Positions 1 to 16,500 of a stretch of DNA of 64,000 nt are shown in pieces; the first letter of the stretch is position 1; every line of letters starts with the position of its first letter. A model generated the notes under the pieces. It was not told where the DNA came from and made no database searches. It saw only the letters and a program-made list of their open reading frames with translations. The DNA is from Antedon mediterranea (Eukaryota > Animalia > Echinodermata), in assembly GCF_964355755.1 (NCBI RefSeq), contig NC_092672.1:22829237-22893236 (forward strand), written 5' to 3'. The position numbers and the translations under genes are program-made.

Positions 1-1405
1 ACATTTTTCAGCCTTAGTAAACATTAAACATTTTTTTCCGCCTTAGTAAAAACTATAAGCTTTCCCATGGTAAATGTTTCCCAATACTTTCGTCCTTTTG
101 AATATAACTGCCTAAAGGTGTGGCGCGAAAATTATTGTTTACTTTTTGAAAATTAACTTTTTCATTTATTTCATTTACTGAAGTATAAAAAATGATGATG
201 GGATAAGCATATAATTATGGAACATACAGCACTTTATTTGTTTATTGGTATACTCCTGGTGAGCATGGTCTACTATGAAAGTTTTAGCCTCAGTGAATAT
301 TATTCACATCCTATACACAATGTATATCATTCCACTGTTTGTATTCAGTGTTCATTAAAATAATATATTAATATTTATTAGCTTGTTATAAAATCATTAG
401 TTGTAGGATTTATATAGATACTTTTTAGTTCAATCTGTTTTAAATGTCGGTATATATACATGTGAATAAATAATGTTTATTTCTTTGTTATAATTACTGT
501 ATAATGATTTATTTCCAGTGATTTTTTTTATATCTTTGAATTAAAAAGAATAACAATTTTTATGAATTTGTTTTAATATAAATTTTATTAATTTTTTGTA
601 AGTCAATTCAATAAGTATATAATATAACACAAATAATAAAGATCTTAAATTCTATTAAACTGTATAAATGTTAAGTTTGCATTTCTTATGTACTGTATTG
701 ATTTTCAGATTCAATATTTTTCACATTGATATGATTTGTCACCCATTTTTATTCTCTGACAGGCTTGAGCTATCCAGGGAGGTATAAAAATGGTCATGGT
801 GTTTCTATAACCTGTCCATTTGATCTAACAACTTTAAAAAATGAAACAAATATGGTTCAAAAAGATGTCTACAATTAAATTGTCCATCTTCTTTTTTATC
901 AGTTTCAATTCAAGATTAACATTGTTACAATCAATATTTAGACTAATATGCTACACTTGCTAGAACTTGCTAAACTCAACCACCACACCATAGAGCAATG
1001 AACTATTTCTTTGCTCAATTAACATAATGAAGTTACTTAAACATGCCCCTGAAAGTAAAAGTTTGTATGCCAAACCTTAGATAATTTAATATTTAAAAAA
1101 ATTTATATAAATAAAACTAAAATGTGATTGATAATTTAAATACCAGCAACAACATTTTGACATTAAAATTGAAATAATACAAAATTGTATAAAAGTATAT
1201 AACATAATTATCATATTAATAAAAAATTGTATACAAAAGTAGAAATCAAATTCAGAAAACTAATTTGACTTGGTTCATTGCGTATGATTATGCAGTAAAT
1301 AGTTGCAAATTGATTTTTGTAAAGTAACCCTCTGTATAAATTACATAACAAATGAATATGTGTACTGTAAGATATAACCAATATTGTATGTATTTCATAT
1401 TATAG

Positions 1406-1504
1406 AATGGTTCGACAGCTTTGCATTATGCAGCAGCCTCTGGAGAAACAGACTGTTGCAGCCTGCTGGTGAATGCAGGAGCAGGTGTCAATGTATCAAA
1501 CAAA
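1406..1504 (+). CDS. Ankyrin exon A1 (33 aa, phase 0-0)
   Basis: tatag|...|gtaagt; 99 nt; NGSTALHYAAASGETDCCSLLVNAGAGVNVSNK fits the ankyrin consensus. Confidence 0.92.
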
Positions 1505-4500
1505 GTAAGTCATCTTCATTATTATTCATTGTCATTTTTAAATATATAACATTTTATATTTTAAACATAATGATATTTTGGGTAATAATATTTAATGTAT
1601 AAAACTTCATTGATGCTGAAATTGGCATAATTTGAAGTTATTCAATATATTTTTTTTTTTATATTTAGTCATAAAAATTGCTATGACACTACATTAACAT
1701 TTTGTCATGTATTTCCATTGAACAATTAAAACAATGAAAATGATAGTGTCAATTTTACTTAACTAAACTACAGCAACATTCTATATGCACAATTGCAATA
1801 TATCATCCTTATTCCAGTGTTGATATACAGTAATTTAAACAGTATTATGAACACTACAACTTCACAAAATTTCAATTTTTCTTTAGATCATTATGATTTT
1901 GTATATCTTAAAAGTTCATTTTTTAACAATATTTTTTAATAACTTTTGAAACACTATGATTCTACCTATATATCACATAGAGGTACAAATGATCAAAGAT
2001 GCTAGTTGATAGACATATAGACTGTATTCATTTACTTTATAATTATCATCATACTCATTTGCCATACTCTCCTTTATTCCTTTCAACAACATCACCACCA
2101 ACTCCAACCACCTACTGGTTTTAGTCACCAAGGATGATGATGCAGAATTTGGTTGAGCGCCAAAGTGATCTTTTATTACACACCCACATTATAGTTCTTT
2201 TTTATTAGGTTGTAATTAATTATTTTTTCCATACAATATAAGATACAGTATATCTGCCACTTATCTTTTATCTATCTTTATTTATTCTTTCTTTATACTC
2301 AGAATAACTTTTTTTAAATGACACATCTAAAAACAACAATAAAACTGAAATAGTGGTACAAATATAATTTGTTTATTTACCGTACCTAGGTTTTAACAAA
2401 TCACCTTACATAATAATTACAGTATCAAACCACCATTACAATGTCATAAAAAATGTGTAAAAATAAACAAATCATCATTAGCATAACTAGGTGCAATATT
2501 TTTAGTCTATTGAAAAAAATGTTTCTTTCTTAAACATTTATTTAAATATACATACATGTCACATAGTAAATTATAGTTAACAAAAAATAGTGACATTGTT
2601 TAACACTAAATAACTAAGAAACACAAGAAACCTGAACTAGACTTAAATGTTCATACAAACATGTAACAATTTCAGAGTGTATCCAACATTTAACATTATG
2701 AAATATTTTAGACCACTGACAATGATGATCACCAGTGCTTTGCAAAGTCTGCAGTTTCTGTAATTATTCATTCATATTTATCTCCATCATCCAACATTAT
2801 CAAACAAAACTGTTTTGAGGATAAGCATAGCTATATGTAAGGTTCAACTTTAATAATTTTACAAAGTTTTACACACAACACAAATAAGTAAAGCTTTCCC
2901 AGTTTATTCAAAGTATACATTTAACAATACATAATATTTAATTCTACTGATACTGTACAAGCAATGCTAAATACTACTAAAGCTTAATAATAAACTACAT
3001 TTGGCCTCTTGGGGCTACCACTCATATGATATCGCTGTATTAAAGGTCCAGTGTGTTGTCACAGGAGCCAGTAAATCAAATGGTTGTTATTAAGTATATC
3101 GGAAGGATGTAAGTGACATCCGTTAGGTAAATTGTGGAATTTGGGGGAAAAATAATTCCCCAGAATTATACCAGCCAAATGAGCGAATAGCATGAGTAAC
3201 ATATGAGTTAGCGCCTGTGTTGAAGTTAGGTGTTGGATGATGGCGGGGGATGGCTGGGTGGGAAGATTGAAAAGTTTGTACAACTATTAAACGGCTAATT
3301 TAACAATGAAGTCTGCTATTATGCATCTTAGTAAACAACTAAAATACCCATTGGTTGCCAATTAGAAATTAGCCTATCCTACATTTTGTGGTTCCACTAT
3401 TAGATATACCCGTTGGTCTATAGAAATACATTGTCAATTACTGTGGTTGGAACTTTAATTACCTGTAGAAACAATATACCATTCATCCTAACACTTCTGT
3501 AACTCTGAAATCTACCCACATTATATACCACATCCTTAGTTAAAAAGAAAGTACTTGTGCTGTGTATAAACTATAATTTATTACTTTAAATTTCCTTTAA
3601 CATTTTCTAACATTAATGTTAAAATATTACTTTTAAAAGAACTTATATAGACAAATTTCAAATTTCAGTACAAGCTATTTAACTATTTAAAAAATAAATA
3701 TGCCAAGTTATATTTTAATCAATGGATGTAAATGACTTTGCATTATATAAATGTATTACAATTGTTTATAAACTCTTCATTTTTGTAGCACAACTAATAT
3801 TTGTTTCCTTGTTTCAGTTGGATGGTCCTACCTTTTCAATAGAATTACATTCATTTTCACAGAGTAAATTAAAATTTATCTCCTTTAAAATTAAATTCAA
3901 TAAACTTTATCCCATAACAATTTTCCTATGAATAAATAGATGGAATTATTCTTAGTTTATTGATTTGATTCAAACCAATTTCATACACATTTACACATCC
4001 AGCAATATTTTGTTCATTTTACTACTATTATACAATTCATTTATTAGCTTTGTTATGGGTTTAACAAGCTAAATTCTGTCTGTCATATAATATAATAGTC
4101 AAAGGCAAAAAATGTCTTAATAGGCAAACAATTTCTATTAATCATACATCCTAATAATCTATCCATAATTGTTTCATAATATCACATAATAATTTTGATT
4201 TTTATTGTGCTACAGTACAATAAAGTTCAAATTACACAGTAAAATCTCTATTCTTTTGTACATAAATGATAGAGAGGCACTTTAAACAAAAATTGGAAAA
4301 ATAAACGGTGTTGTAAAGAATATTATCAGATGACTATAATATAGATAATATAACGTTACGTTTCTGGTGTTTTTATGGTCAAATTTTTATTTTTGTTTTA
4401 TTGTTTATTGTGGCTAGAACTACACTGTTTCCTTCGCTAGGCTGATCCTAATGCTAATCCTAATGCCCCTAATGTTCACATGATTATCATGGAACGATAT

Positions 4501-7500
4501 GTCCCCCACCTTCAAATGAATAACCTTATTTTTTCTCATAAAACCAAATAAAGAAAGCACTAGATCAAGCATTTAGTAAAAATTTTATACCTGCATTTTC
4601 TTACGCACAACGCCTTTGCACCTACGCTTAGCACCTTCCAATATCATGTGCAATTACACTTGAGTTATTGTCTTATTCTTCTAGACTGCAATCATGTTCC
4701 CATTTAATACTGAAATATGGAGATTCAATCCTGGAATAGCACCATTCACCATCACAACCAAATACGACTTAGCATTTGTTCAACATTATCGACTCCATAA
4801 CTCAATTAACCATTTAGTAGGTAGCCTAACCAATACGGTTCCTGCCACAATCATCCAGTTTATGGGCGCTTGGTCTGTGGCTGTAGCCATTCAGTTTTCC
4901 TTAGTCATTTGACTTAACCATTCCCAATTGGCAATTGGTAAGCGTCTATACGCAAACAACACTGAGCTACTAAACCGAGGAATCTTAAAATTATCAAAAG
5001 TGAGTTGACCCCAAATGGCATTCCAAATAATAGAAAAATTTCATTCATAAAAATCTATCTCCCTGCTGAGCAGATCAGCCTCCCAATTGCGCTCTCTATA
5101 CACCCATTGGACGTCTCTGAATAAATTTTTTCGCAAAGCTCTAAAGCCAACTGATTCAAGTCTTCATGCATGCTACCTTTCCTACAAATTGAAACAACAC
5201 CTCTGTTGTCTGTAATTATTTTAATTTGTTTCTCTTTTAAGTTAGGAGCAAATGCTTGCAATGCCAATAACACACCTTTCAGTTCTCTCCACGTACAGCT
5301 TCTGACTGACTCATGCTGATTCCAGCCGAGACAAACTGCAAACGGTCATAGACCTCGCTCCACAATTCACTCCACTAGCGTCAGTAAATGTAATTGAATA
5401 ATCAAAAAAATATTTTGCTTCCAGAAAAATATCTCCTCAATAACTAGACCCCCACTCGCTGTAGTAATAAAATGCCACAACTTGAGAAAGGGAAATTATC
5501 TTCCCCACTAGCCTCACTAAATCTCTGGACCTATATAGTGAGGGAAACCCTGATTGACCTCTAATAAACCCAAACCAGCCATAGCCAGGTTACAACCGGA
5601 CTTAGATCCTATATTGATTTTTTGACGTTTTAACAATGTTAGAGACTTTAGTACATGCGGCATGGGAACCTCTCTTACCAACCATCGTCCAAAAATACTA
5701 GGATCCAATACTTCACTAATAGGTGAAGAACCTTTATAAAATCCTTGAATACGATAAATGGTTGAATCAAGACTATTCCACTTATATTTGGGGTAAAACA
5801 TTATTTTTTTGTTTAAAATAATTGCCAAACTCTGCAATCCTCCAAAAACATAGTAAACCTCATTTAACCAACATAAAAGTGATTGAATCAGTAGTGCAAA
5901 CTCACTTGGTTTGTCAATTAAAAAAAAACAATTTAAATATATTTTTTGTTTAACTAATTATTTTGCCATAAAGCATTATTGTTTGGTTTAAAAAAACAAT
6001 TGCTAAACCTTCACTCTTGGATTAAACGGGACGTAATTACCAGCCCAAACAATGTTACAGTACTGTATAATTAAAACATTTTATTTTAATTTCTTTAGAA
6101 TACTAATATATTTAGATATTTTATTTGATAAAAATTGTTGGCAGCCAATAATCCAATTAAAGACCAAGGAATGATACTTCACTTACTAATTTTCCATCAA
6201 AAAAAATATAACAATTGTTGTGTGTAAGTTTATATCTAATACAATTTGTTTTAACCGTATTAATTAATAATTGGTTTGTAGTGAACCATTCACTAGCTTA
6301 CTTAACTCTAAACTTAGTAAAAAGTTCAACAAGAAATCAATATTGTTATTAAAATAAAATAAAGTTGTATTGTATCATCTGCATAAAAAAGGTTGTCTGG
6401 AAGATTTACTAATTATTAATTTGAAATAATGGTTTCGGTCTGTAAAATAGCTTTAAACCAATCTAAGAAAAATACCATAGCGAAACAACTTGAAAATATC
6501 ATGGTTAACAACATCAAAATGTTTTGATAAATCTAGAAAAGTACTTCATAAAATTAATTGTTTTCAAATGCAGTATTAACAGAATTAGTGAGTTCAAGAA
6601 AAGCATGACAAAAGTGGTATTGTATGCATACATTTTTCATTATTTTTTGAAAAATGGGTAAAATTAAGATTGGTATAAAACTATCCGTTTTTAAATACAG
6701 GATTTACTTTTAATATGATTAAGTCATGATATTATTTTATGCTCACAAAACTGAATTCAGAAAAACATCAAACATATATTTATAAATAAAATTGAAAAAA
6801 AAATGAATTAGTAGTTTCTATAATTATAAATTGCTTAAAAAAATAATTTGGGATTTACACTACCCATCTGAATATCATACACCTTAATCTGAATACCTTA
6901 TCAACATGAATCAGAACATTTTTATATTGTCCTTTATTAATAATTATAATATTGACAACCATTCTGATGTTTGTTCATGGTTGTGCAGAGCCATGATAAA
7001 TACAATTGTCACAGCTTGAATAAGGTGACAGGGAGAAAATTAAATGAAAACTTTTCTCAATAATATTTCTCTGCTCAAATGCTGGATTGTAATGAGTTTT
7101 TAATAGTAAATGTGTCCATATAATTTATTTTTTTGTTAAGTAGCTGGTCTTTTACAACACTGATGTTTAATGTGAAATGGTTAAATGTATTCAAAGTGAG
7201 ATCTGACAATGCAAATTATCTTAATTAAAATCATTTATATTAAAAACTTTCAATTGTATTTATATTATATTTTATTAATTTTAAGTGCTGTTTTTAAAAT
7301 ACAATTGCAGTCTACCAAATCATGGAGCTATAAAGCTCAATGAGACTAAACACTATTAACTTGTGATGTACACAGCCTATTTAATACTTAGTTGAAATGC
7401 CATTATTAGACATTTTTAATCATTGATTTATTTAGAGAAGTTAATAAAACTTCACCAGAAGTTTTAGAATGGTCATATCAGTTGTTTTGATTATTTATAC

Positions 7501-10500
7501 TACTATAACAATATGTTCACATTTTGTAGTAATACACTACCAACATGTATAGATAGTATTTACAATACCCATCTGAATAATTATACTACACCTTAATCTG
7601 AATACCTTATCCAATCTGAATACAGTGTTTAAACAGCGAATACTGTTTTGTAATTAATTCATTCCATAAGACCATAATTTAACATCAAATAAATAGTCAT
7701 AAAATTAAATCTTCTTTATTTTAATATATTCCTCTTTTTGTTTTCTTTTGAAAAAGATTTTAATACACCAAAAAAAACAACACAAATATAAACATCTACC
7801 CTGTATACACATCGGGTCAGATCATTTTTCTATTTGACCTATTCGCTTCCCTTCAATATCTACATCCGTCACTAGGACAGAATAATCTGGATTTTTTTGT
7901 TTTACATTAATCCAAGTTAATCAACTACCACACTCATTTATTTCAAATAATAACATTTTTTAGCATAATTATTTTTTTTGTTAAATGACTGCATAATTAG
8001 TTATCCACACCTTGGCGGATAACTCCTTGTGATTGTATAAAATCATCATCAACTTTTTTTATCTGTATTATTCTTCTTTCATTCCATATTTCATAACTTT
8101 GTAAAGTTTTGTGCACCTCCTACTTTTTAAAAACGTCAGAGTTGCACAACATGACTTTCGCACGATTTTATGAATTTAAATGATTGATCATAGATTAAAA
8201 ACCAAACGTCATTTTGTATTGACACTTTTTAAATTTAAGTCATATCAAGAGTAACTTTCTGTGGATTGAAAATGCCATGCTTCACACAAAGTTACGCGCA
8301 CAAGATTTTTTCTTATAACCAACACCTGCAATTGCTGTAACTAATAATGCGTATTTTCATTATAAGCCTTAAAAGAATTGAAAAGTCAATTAAACCATAT
8401 CAAATTTTAGTTTAATGATTTTACTGATTTTGATTTTAAATGTATTATGGCTACCCTTACAGTACATGATGGCATTGTTAACCCTATTTCACATTGACCA
8501 TTCTTATTATTTTAAATGCATAATTATGGCTACTCATACATGCTGATTGCATTCTTAACCCTATTTCACATTGACTATTCTTTTTATTGTACAAGTTACT
8601 AAATGTTTTAGTTTACTTAATTCACTTCCCACAACCTTAATCAATAATCACCTTGACAAATTTCAATATAAATTTACCTCCTGGTTCATCCTGTTTTTCA
8701 TCACTGTTTTCCTCCTTGTACTCTATTTGCACAAACATACTTTGCCTATTATATTATTCTTAATAGTTGTTGTTTACTATGAAAATGAAAGCATTAATTT
8801 TGAAAATTTCTGTAATTTCGCGTGGAAGTAATCATATTTATCTTAATTTATGTCATGTTCATCCCACCAAAATCTGATGATGAAAACAGTTACCATGAAA
8901 TTAGATTCAGGGTTTAACAAAATATATGACATAATCAATTTTAACCGGCTGAAAACATCTATTGAAATCCTCCATACATTATGTAGAAGAGCTAACTATT
9001 GCAATATGCTTTATTAGTTGATGCCATTCCAAAAGATTGTAAGTATAATTAAGAATCATAACAACAATATGTCTGTACATATTAAGGATGAATGTATTAT
9101 AACAAATAACACATAACACATAACAGCAAAATGTATACTCATGCTTTAAATCAAAAGCTATTACTTCTCGTGTTTTAAACAAATGGAATGTTGCTCTCAA
9201 CGCCCAAAACATAAATCCGATAAAGAAGGTGAAAAATGAAAAAAATATACCATTATAAACCATTACATAAAATTGTTCCAACTAACTTACAGCTGTATCT
9301 GGAAATTGAAAAAAATGAATGTTATATAATGTGTTATTGAAAATGAAAAGCATATGTTCTTTTATATTGTATACATAACAAATTATGGAAAAATGTTGAT
9401 AACATTTTTATAGGAATAGACAATAGCAGAAGTTCATTTAAAGTAGGGCCTACCTCTTTAATGCAGGCTCAGATTGTATACAGTATATACATGTATACAG
9501 TGCAATGCCAAGTATCTAATACCTTGCAATTGTATATTCTTTTAACAATCATAAATCATACAGGTTTGATAATGCATTTTTTCTCATATTTTAATAAAAT
9601 AGGTGTTTATCAAGTCAATACTGTATTCAAATTTAGGAACAGCTTAATCACAAAATAATGGGATAATTGTGCACTTTGTAATATTAATAATTCATTATAA
9701 TGATGTATTGATACTTTAACACTTCTTTATTGTATCTTGAACTTTGTTGTTATCATTGATACAATAATGCATGAATCAAGTGTCAACAATTATAGAGCAT
9801 TCATATTAACAGTTAATGTTGACTGATATGATTTTACTGTACCTTTCATCTCATCTTGAAAATTAAAAAAGTAAATAAAAATTAATCAAATATTAAAAAT
9901 AATACAAATATAAATAAGGCTGATATTGATGATATTGATTGCAATTTGCCTAATGAGGTTTGATGATTAAAATGAGAAGGGTGAATTTTCAATACAAGAT
10001 GTAGGCCTACTGTAAGTAATAATAACCTGTCATTCTTTTAAAATACAAAATAAATTGGCAAATTGATGGTAAATGCCACTTAAAAGAGTTTATATGAAAG
10101 TATTTGTATGAAAAAATTGAATTATCATATGCATTTATTATTTTTAGTATGGAAGCACACCTCTGATTAAAGCTGCATATAAAGGTTTTCATGAAGTCTG
10201 CTTGGTCCTTCTCAATAAGGGAGCTGATGTAAATCACCAAAACGAGGTACTTTCACACATTGTATTTTAAACATTTTTAAATATAGGTGGCCAGTACAAT
10301 TAAATTAATAATTTATGTTTTGTCATTGATACTGTGATTGTAGGATAATTCAAAGTTAGTACTAGTTCAAAATCTAGACTATTAGTATATTTAAATTTGT
10401 TTGAAAATGTATACCACAAATATTTTTTGACATGTGCACAACAAATAGTTTGTTTATTTTGCTTTGTTATCCTATTTTGTAAAGAAATTAATCAGAGCCT

Positions 10501-13500
10501 TATCATTAAAAGTTTATATTATTTATGCAGTATGTTTATTATTTACATATTTCTTGGTAGCAGAAATGAAGCTCACCTTATTCTGTCATGTACGATCCTC
10601 ATAGGGGTTTGAATTCAGTACAGTACATTGCATTTCATATGCCATTTCTTATACCTTACTGTACTGTATATTTCTCCCCCTTGACCATAACACATCTTTA
10701 AAACTCAATTTAAGAAAAAAATTTTGCTGTCTAGCTAGATAATTCTGAAGAATATTATTAGCCTAGACAAAGAGCGCACAGGAGAAATATTTGAATACTC
10801 ATTTAACCAAGCGATTCCTATACTGTAATTTGAAAACAGTCCTGATAGTCTCTCCAAAACATTGGAGAATTTGTGTGTTTGAAAACTACTGAAAAGATGT
10901 TCAATTGCATTTTTTGATGACTATAAACCCTGCAACCAGTGCATCAGCAGAGCGAGAAAATTTAGCTCTAGAGACTGTAAAAAATTTTCTTTGAGGTACC
11001 ATAATGGAAGATCGACTAAATGCATTGTTATTGATGTTTGTTCATCAGGACATTAAACTTAATTACGATGTCATTTAAGTATGTGAATATGTATCCCCGT
11101 TGGATGAAGTATGTAGGCCTATTTTTATTTATTAAATTTACAGCATTATTATTACATGTTATTGTTAAGATAATAAAATTAATAAGCAGTATAGAGATTC
11201 AGCCACTGATTACCACAGCATTGTCATTTTTTAGTAATTTTCCTTTTGACCTTTTTTTAAATAAGATATAGGCCTATAGCCCTAAAATCCTAAAACACGC
11301 TCTTTCACTATGTATATTATTTAACATAACTAGGGCAATATGATAAATTTGAAGTCGTGTCATTTTTTTAAAATAGTTAATAGGCAGCTTTCGAAACACA
11401 CGACGCAGCGATTATCGAGATAAAAAAGACTGAAATCCTACTGCGCATGCGAGAGCAAAGCCAGTTTGTTCGGCCTTCTCATCATGAGATGGGATTCGGC
11501 TGATTTGGCATATGCGTGGAAGACATGACTTGTACTACTGATTGTATTTTATTTAGAAAGATATTTAAGAACTGTTGTGTGATGACAATGTGTTAAATTA
11601 GGCCTATAGACCCTAGTAGGGAAATGCGATCATCATCATGAATCATGGTGATAAGGATGGCGATGGCAGGTGTTTTAGTATTAGCGATCATGTGACAATG
11701 ACCTGATCGCGTTCTTATAAAATTGAAACAGTTTATAATTCGTGATGCGAAAGGCATTCAACGGTATCCATGGTTGACTGACTTCCGCGTCTCGCGTCGC
11801 CACTTTGAAAGCTCACTGTTATTGCCATACCGGAAGTACCTTTATCAGGGAATTCCCCCTGATGGTCACATTGAACGTGTGTTTACCAGCGGAATAAGAA
11901 GACTACGATCTTTTTACCAATTTTTAACACACTATGGGAGTGTCATTTCAGACCAACTATAGGTGCCATTTATCATAAATTTTACGTGCGGGAATACCAT
12001 TTCTAACCGTCTAGGGGTGTCATTTAACAAAATTTGCTTCACCACAGGTCCCACCTGTGCCTCATGTACTTGGTGACTGGTTGCGTCCCCTCTCCCCTTT
12101 ACTAGAAGGCTGGATCCGCCCTTGTTTATGATGAGCAACAATGCCTGTTTTCTGTGTGGTGTAATTAAAAAGAAGTAAATATGATTGCAACTTCATTCTC
12201 CTTGTACCTCATTTTACACCCATTGAAAATAAATTACATAAATGAATAATTAAATATGAAAATGAATAATTATAAACATAATGTAAGTCCATCATGTACT
12301 TCATATTTCATATCATAAAACGCTTCCACAGGCACTAATAATAGAATTAGAAGCCAGGCATATACAGTAGGCACATTGGTGGGCTAGTTTGTCCTGTCAC
12401 ATCTGGACCGAATCGTCCTGAATTCAACTAGTTATAGTAGCCTAGGCAGTAAGTAACGTAATGCTAAACATAACCTAGTGTTAATTACATGCATTAGGTG
12501 TTTCAAGCTTATCTTTGGCAAGATCGGCGTACATGAGTTAGAAACATGAACAAACCATACTTACCACCGATTCGAAGTTTGAAATGTGCGCTGAGCACAT
12601 GCTATCTCTCAATATTTGCTAGCGATGACTTCTTAAGTGATTTGATTGTTACGCAAGATTTATCGAATGCAGCATTTGACAATTTGCAAATAAATTGGTC
12701 TAAAAACACATTTTTCGTAAAAATGTGCCGTTCTAACATCGATTAATAAATAAAAGGAACTAAAAGGTGTCCCAGCTCTAACGGCGCTAGCGGTTTTATT
12801 ATATTAGGAGAAGATAGAGTAAATAGGCTTAATTGGTTATTGATTAGGCCAAATAAAACCTCCTTTTTAAAAAACTTTTTTTTGTAAAGTTGCCCAAGAA
12901 ACACCACTGAGAAGATCATTTTTTACTTTTATAACTTAATTGCTAAATTGTGTGTGCGGCCAAATATTATTTGAAAGGTATTAAATTTCTAGACTGGTAT
13001 TTTGTTTGGATATCATAGATGAAACTACCCCTACAGCATCGCAAAGAAGAATAATAATAGTTCTGAAGACTTTTTTTGTAATTATGATTTTATATCATTA
13101 AGTATGTCACGGCAACATTGCCAGTGGGTTTGGTGTGTTGTGGAGGGTGGACTCAAGACAAGAATAATATACATATAAAACACAAAATATTATATGTCCA
13201 GATTATCTACAGGTGAATTATCTTCATGAGTCCATTTCCAATTTTACGTCGAAATACAGTACTCTTTGTTCATGTCACTCCCATATTTCCACTCCATCTT
13301 ATCCATAATTTCTTCGGTGATTTCTCTGATGTTTTCTAAGCTTAATCTAATTAATTTGGCACTTCTCTATTCTCAAGTGGCACTGTAACACAGACAAATA
13401 TTACCGTAGTATACAGTTCATTTACGGTACCCTATAACATTCATTAGACCAACAATCTATTTTATAAATATAACTATTCTACTTACAATGCAGCCTCGTA

Positions 13501-16500
13501 CGCAAATCCCAATTTCATTGTCGTATGATGACAATGCTCACTCGCTCCCCGTTGTCTACAAAAAGACTGTATGCGCTACTCCGCAGTCTACACAAAACAT
13601 CGTTATTCAAATAATTTGCTCATTACAATACCATAATTATAGTGATCACCTGTTGGATTATTATTATTTTGTGACAAAGTAGTCAAACTTTGAAAAGCAT
13701 ATTTCACAGTTTAAACTTTTTAATCAAAAATACTATGTAGAAATGTTGTCATCAGTGACTTAACTATCAATACTGTGCAACTCCTTTTCATAACTTTCTC
13801 AGTTGGGTTCACTTCCAGGATTCAACATTTTTTTAAATTACTACTTTTCTGAAATATGGTGAGGGACCTAAATGATGTATCTCTACAAAACATTAAAGAC
13901 CCCCACCCTGCATTGAGTAACTCTTTTAGAACAATTCTGTCCTTAACATTTTATAGTATGCAAATACAGGTTCCTGGCAAACCAGCATAAAAGTGGACGT
14001 AGTTGTGCAAACATTAAGGAGGTTTCGCAACACGGTTATGTCACACAAAATTATTCGTTTTCATAAGCCAGTACAAATCTGTTTCGCATGGCAACAAAAT
14101 ATTGAGGGCGCCATCCAAAATCTGACTGCTGTAAATTTGAACGAAATGCAGGTACATGTTTCAATGGTTGCCTATAGGCCTAGTGTAGCGAGAGAGGACT
14201 TTAAAAACTGCTATTTATCAAAATTGACTTGGCATTTTTACTAAATTACTTTCAATAAATTATCTATAATTATATTATAATCATGAATCATTTTTTATTC
14301 AATGCAAAGCGTGCAAAATAGATAAAAAACTATGACTGATGATTTTAAGCTATACTCGTTTTTTAGTTACGAATATGACTGGTGATATTCGTCAACACAA
14401 ATACACTTTACGAATATCAGCTCAAAAGTTTAACAAATGTATGACCTATCCGTTTTCGTTATCGTATTCGTAAGGTTGCGAAACCTCCATATTATTGGTG
14501 CCATCATATATCAACATCTTTATAGGCTATGTAGAATCTGTAGCAAGCATCGATATGGCTTTTAATCCAATACTATAAAATGAAAATAGAGAATATTTAA
14601 TATTCTTAATGAATCACAGGATCAAGTGTAAAATTGTATTCAGAGATTTATGGAAAATTATGGTTTCAATTAATGTTTACCCAATTTGTAATAATAACGC
14701 TATTAAACAAAATAGGGTGAAGTTTGAACAACTTAGTGTATAAGTCCTTTTTATACTGTATTCTAATTGATACTATTGTACCACGTCACAATGTTAGCAA
14801 ACTCCCTGCTTTGTAGCCATACTACAGTTTTTTCATGAACATTTTCTGATTTTTGTAATACCAATATAAACATGGTCAATTTATTTCATCTAATAGAGAT
14901 CAATGAAAAAATTAAATAGAGATGTAAAACAACAGATGATCACATTTGTTGATTTTTTATTGTCTGCTTTACGGCATATTTAACTGTCTACTGACTGCAT
15001 ATTTAAACATTGATGATTGTTAGAATTCAAATTATTTTGCACTCAGATCTTTAAATCACTGGTGCTTAACTTGTACATATACCTAACAGTGGAAACAGGA
15101 TGCTAATTTGTCAACTTATATTATCTCTAAAATACTTTGATAACAAGTAGTATATCAACACTGAAATATTATGAAGAGGGAAGCTTGAATCATTCCAAAA
15201 TAGGGATAGGCTGCTGTGTAGTGTTCATATGACATGTTCAGTTTTGAAATTCACTAGTAAATAATAAAACCTTACTTTCTGTCTATAATAGCATTACTCG
15301 TAATCATCATTAGCAAGTAAGGAGAAAAGAGGGACTTACACCTTCATTTTAAAATTAGTTTGTCATATATCTATATATATACAGCCATGAAAAATAGGAA
15401 TACCAATACCCAAAAATACAACAAGATGGGATTTGTAATTTAATGAATATTTGTTTTTGGTTATGCATTTTGTTTAATACAATTCAATACCCACATTCTG
15501 GATTTCTGTAGTACATTTATCTTTTCAGTTCATATTTTATGCATACAAAATTGAGAACCACCAATTCATCACCATTTCCACTTACATTAAAGCAATAATT
15601 AGTATTATAGTATTTTGTTATGATGAACTATTATAATTTTATTTAAAGCAATTTCAGATAAAAGCTCTGCATAGAAATCTTTTGAATTGCAATAAATAAA
15701 CACATGACCTTTTTCTACGACAATTAAAAAAAGCATTATAGTGAACAAAAACTATGATTGTATTGTTTTTCTTGAAAAATCAGTAGATCAGAAATATTTA
15801 AAAAACAATAATTAAAATAAAGTTGCAACAATTTGAATATCATTTATTAGTATAGGAATGTACAAAAGCCCTAAACTCATACTTACAGTGAGAGCTCACA
15901 CATTTCATTTTACATACACATGCACTTGAAAATGAAAGTTACACAATGATGGCACATTATCATCAAAACAAATGTAAATGTACTTTACATTAATTGTTTC
16001 TCCACTTAACTGTTTTCACATATTATCATTTATCATTTATATGGGACTGTTTTGTACTACAATTCTTTATGCTGTTATCAAAATGACTTTATACTATACT
16101 GCAATATTTACATTGATATTCTGTTCTGGTAAAGTAGACCCTTCATAGAGGCTTACACTATGTATATCAAGGTCTACTCGCCCTAATTTGGCCAACATTT
16201 TCGGCAGTTAGAAATGTATTGGCCACGAAATATTTAATTACATTACTCAAAATTTGCGACACCTTAATTCTGTAGTATTTGTCCATAGTATTTCAAGAAC
16301 GAATTCTGCTCATTATAATTTTTTTAATTCATTTCCACGTCTGTTCATAACTTGCCTCCAAATGTTAAAGATAGTCTATTTTTTTCCCTTTCTTCATATC
16401 ATATATTCACTTAAGAAAAACTTGCCTCAAATACCTGTCTGAACTCAATGAAATGTGAAATGTTATTTTAAACTGTTTTTCTGTATTTAAGTTTATTTAA

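Noticed and set aside
8571-8831. Twin hydrophobic ORFs at 8571 and 27515, and other 60-100 aa ORFs in the track
   Set aside because: These are chance ORFs in AT-rich duplicated intron DNA with no motifs or splice support.
13200-13385. Minus-strand exon-like stretch (SAKLIRLSLENIREITEEIMDKMEWKY)
   Set aside because: It contains stops, has no recognisable family and no linked exons; probably a repeat relic.
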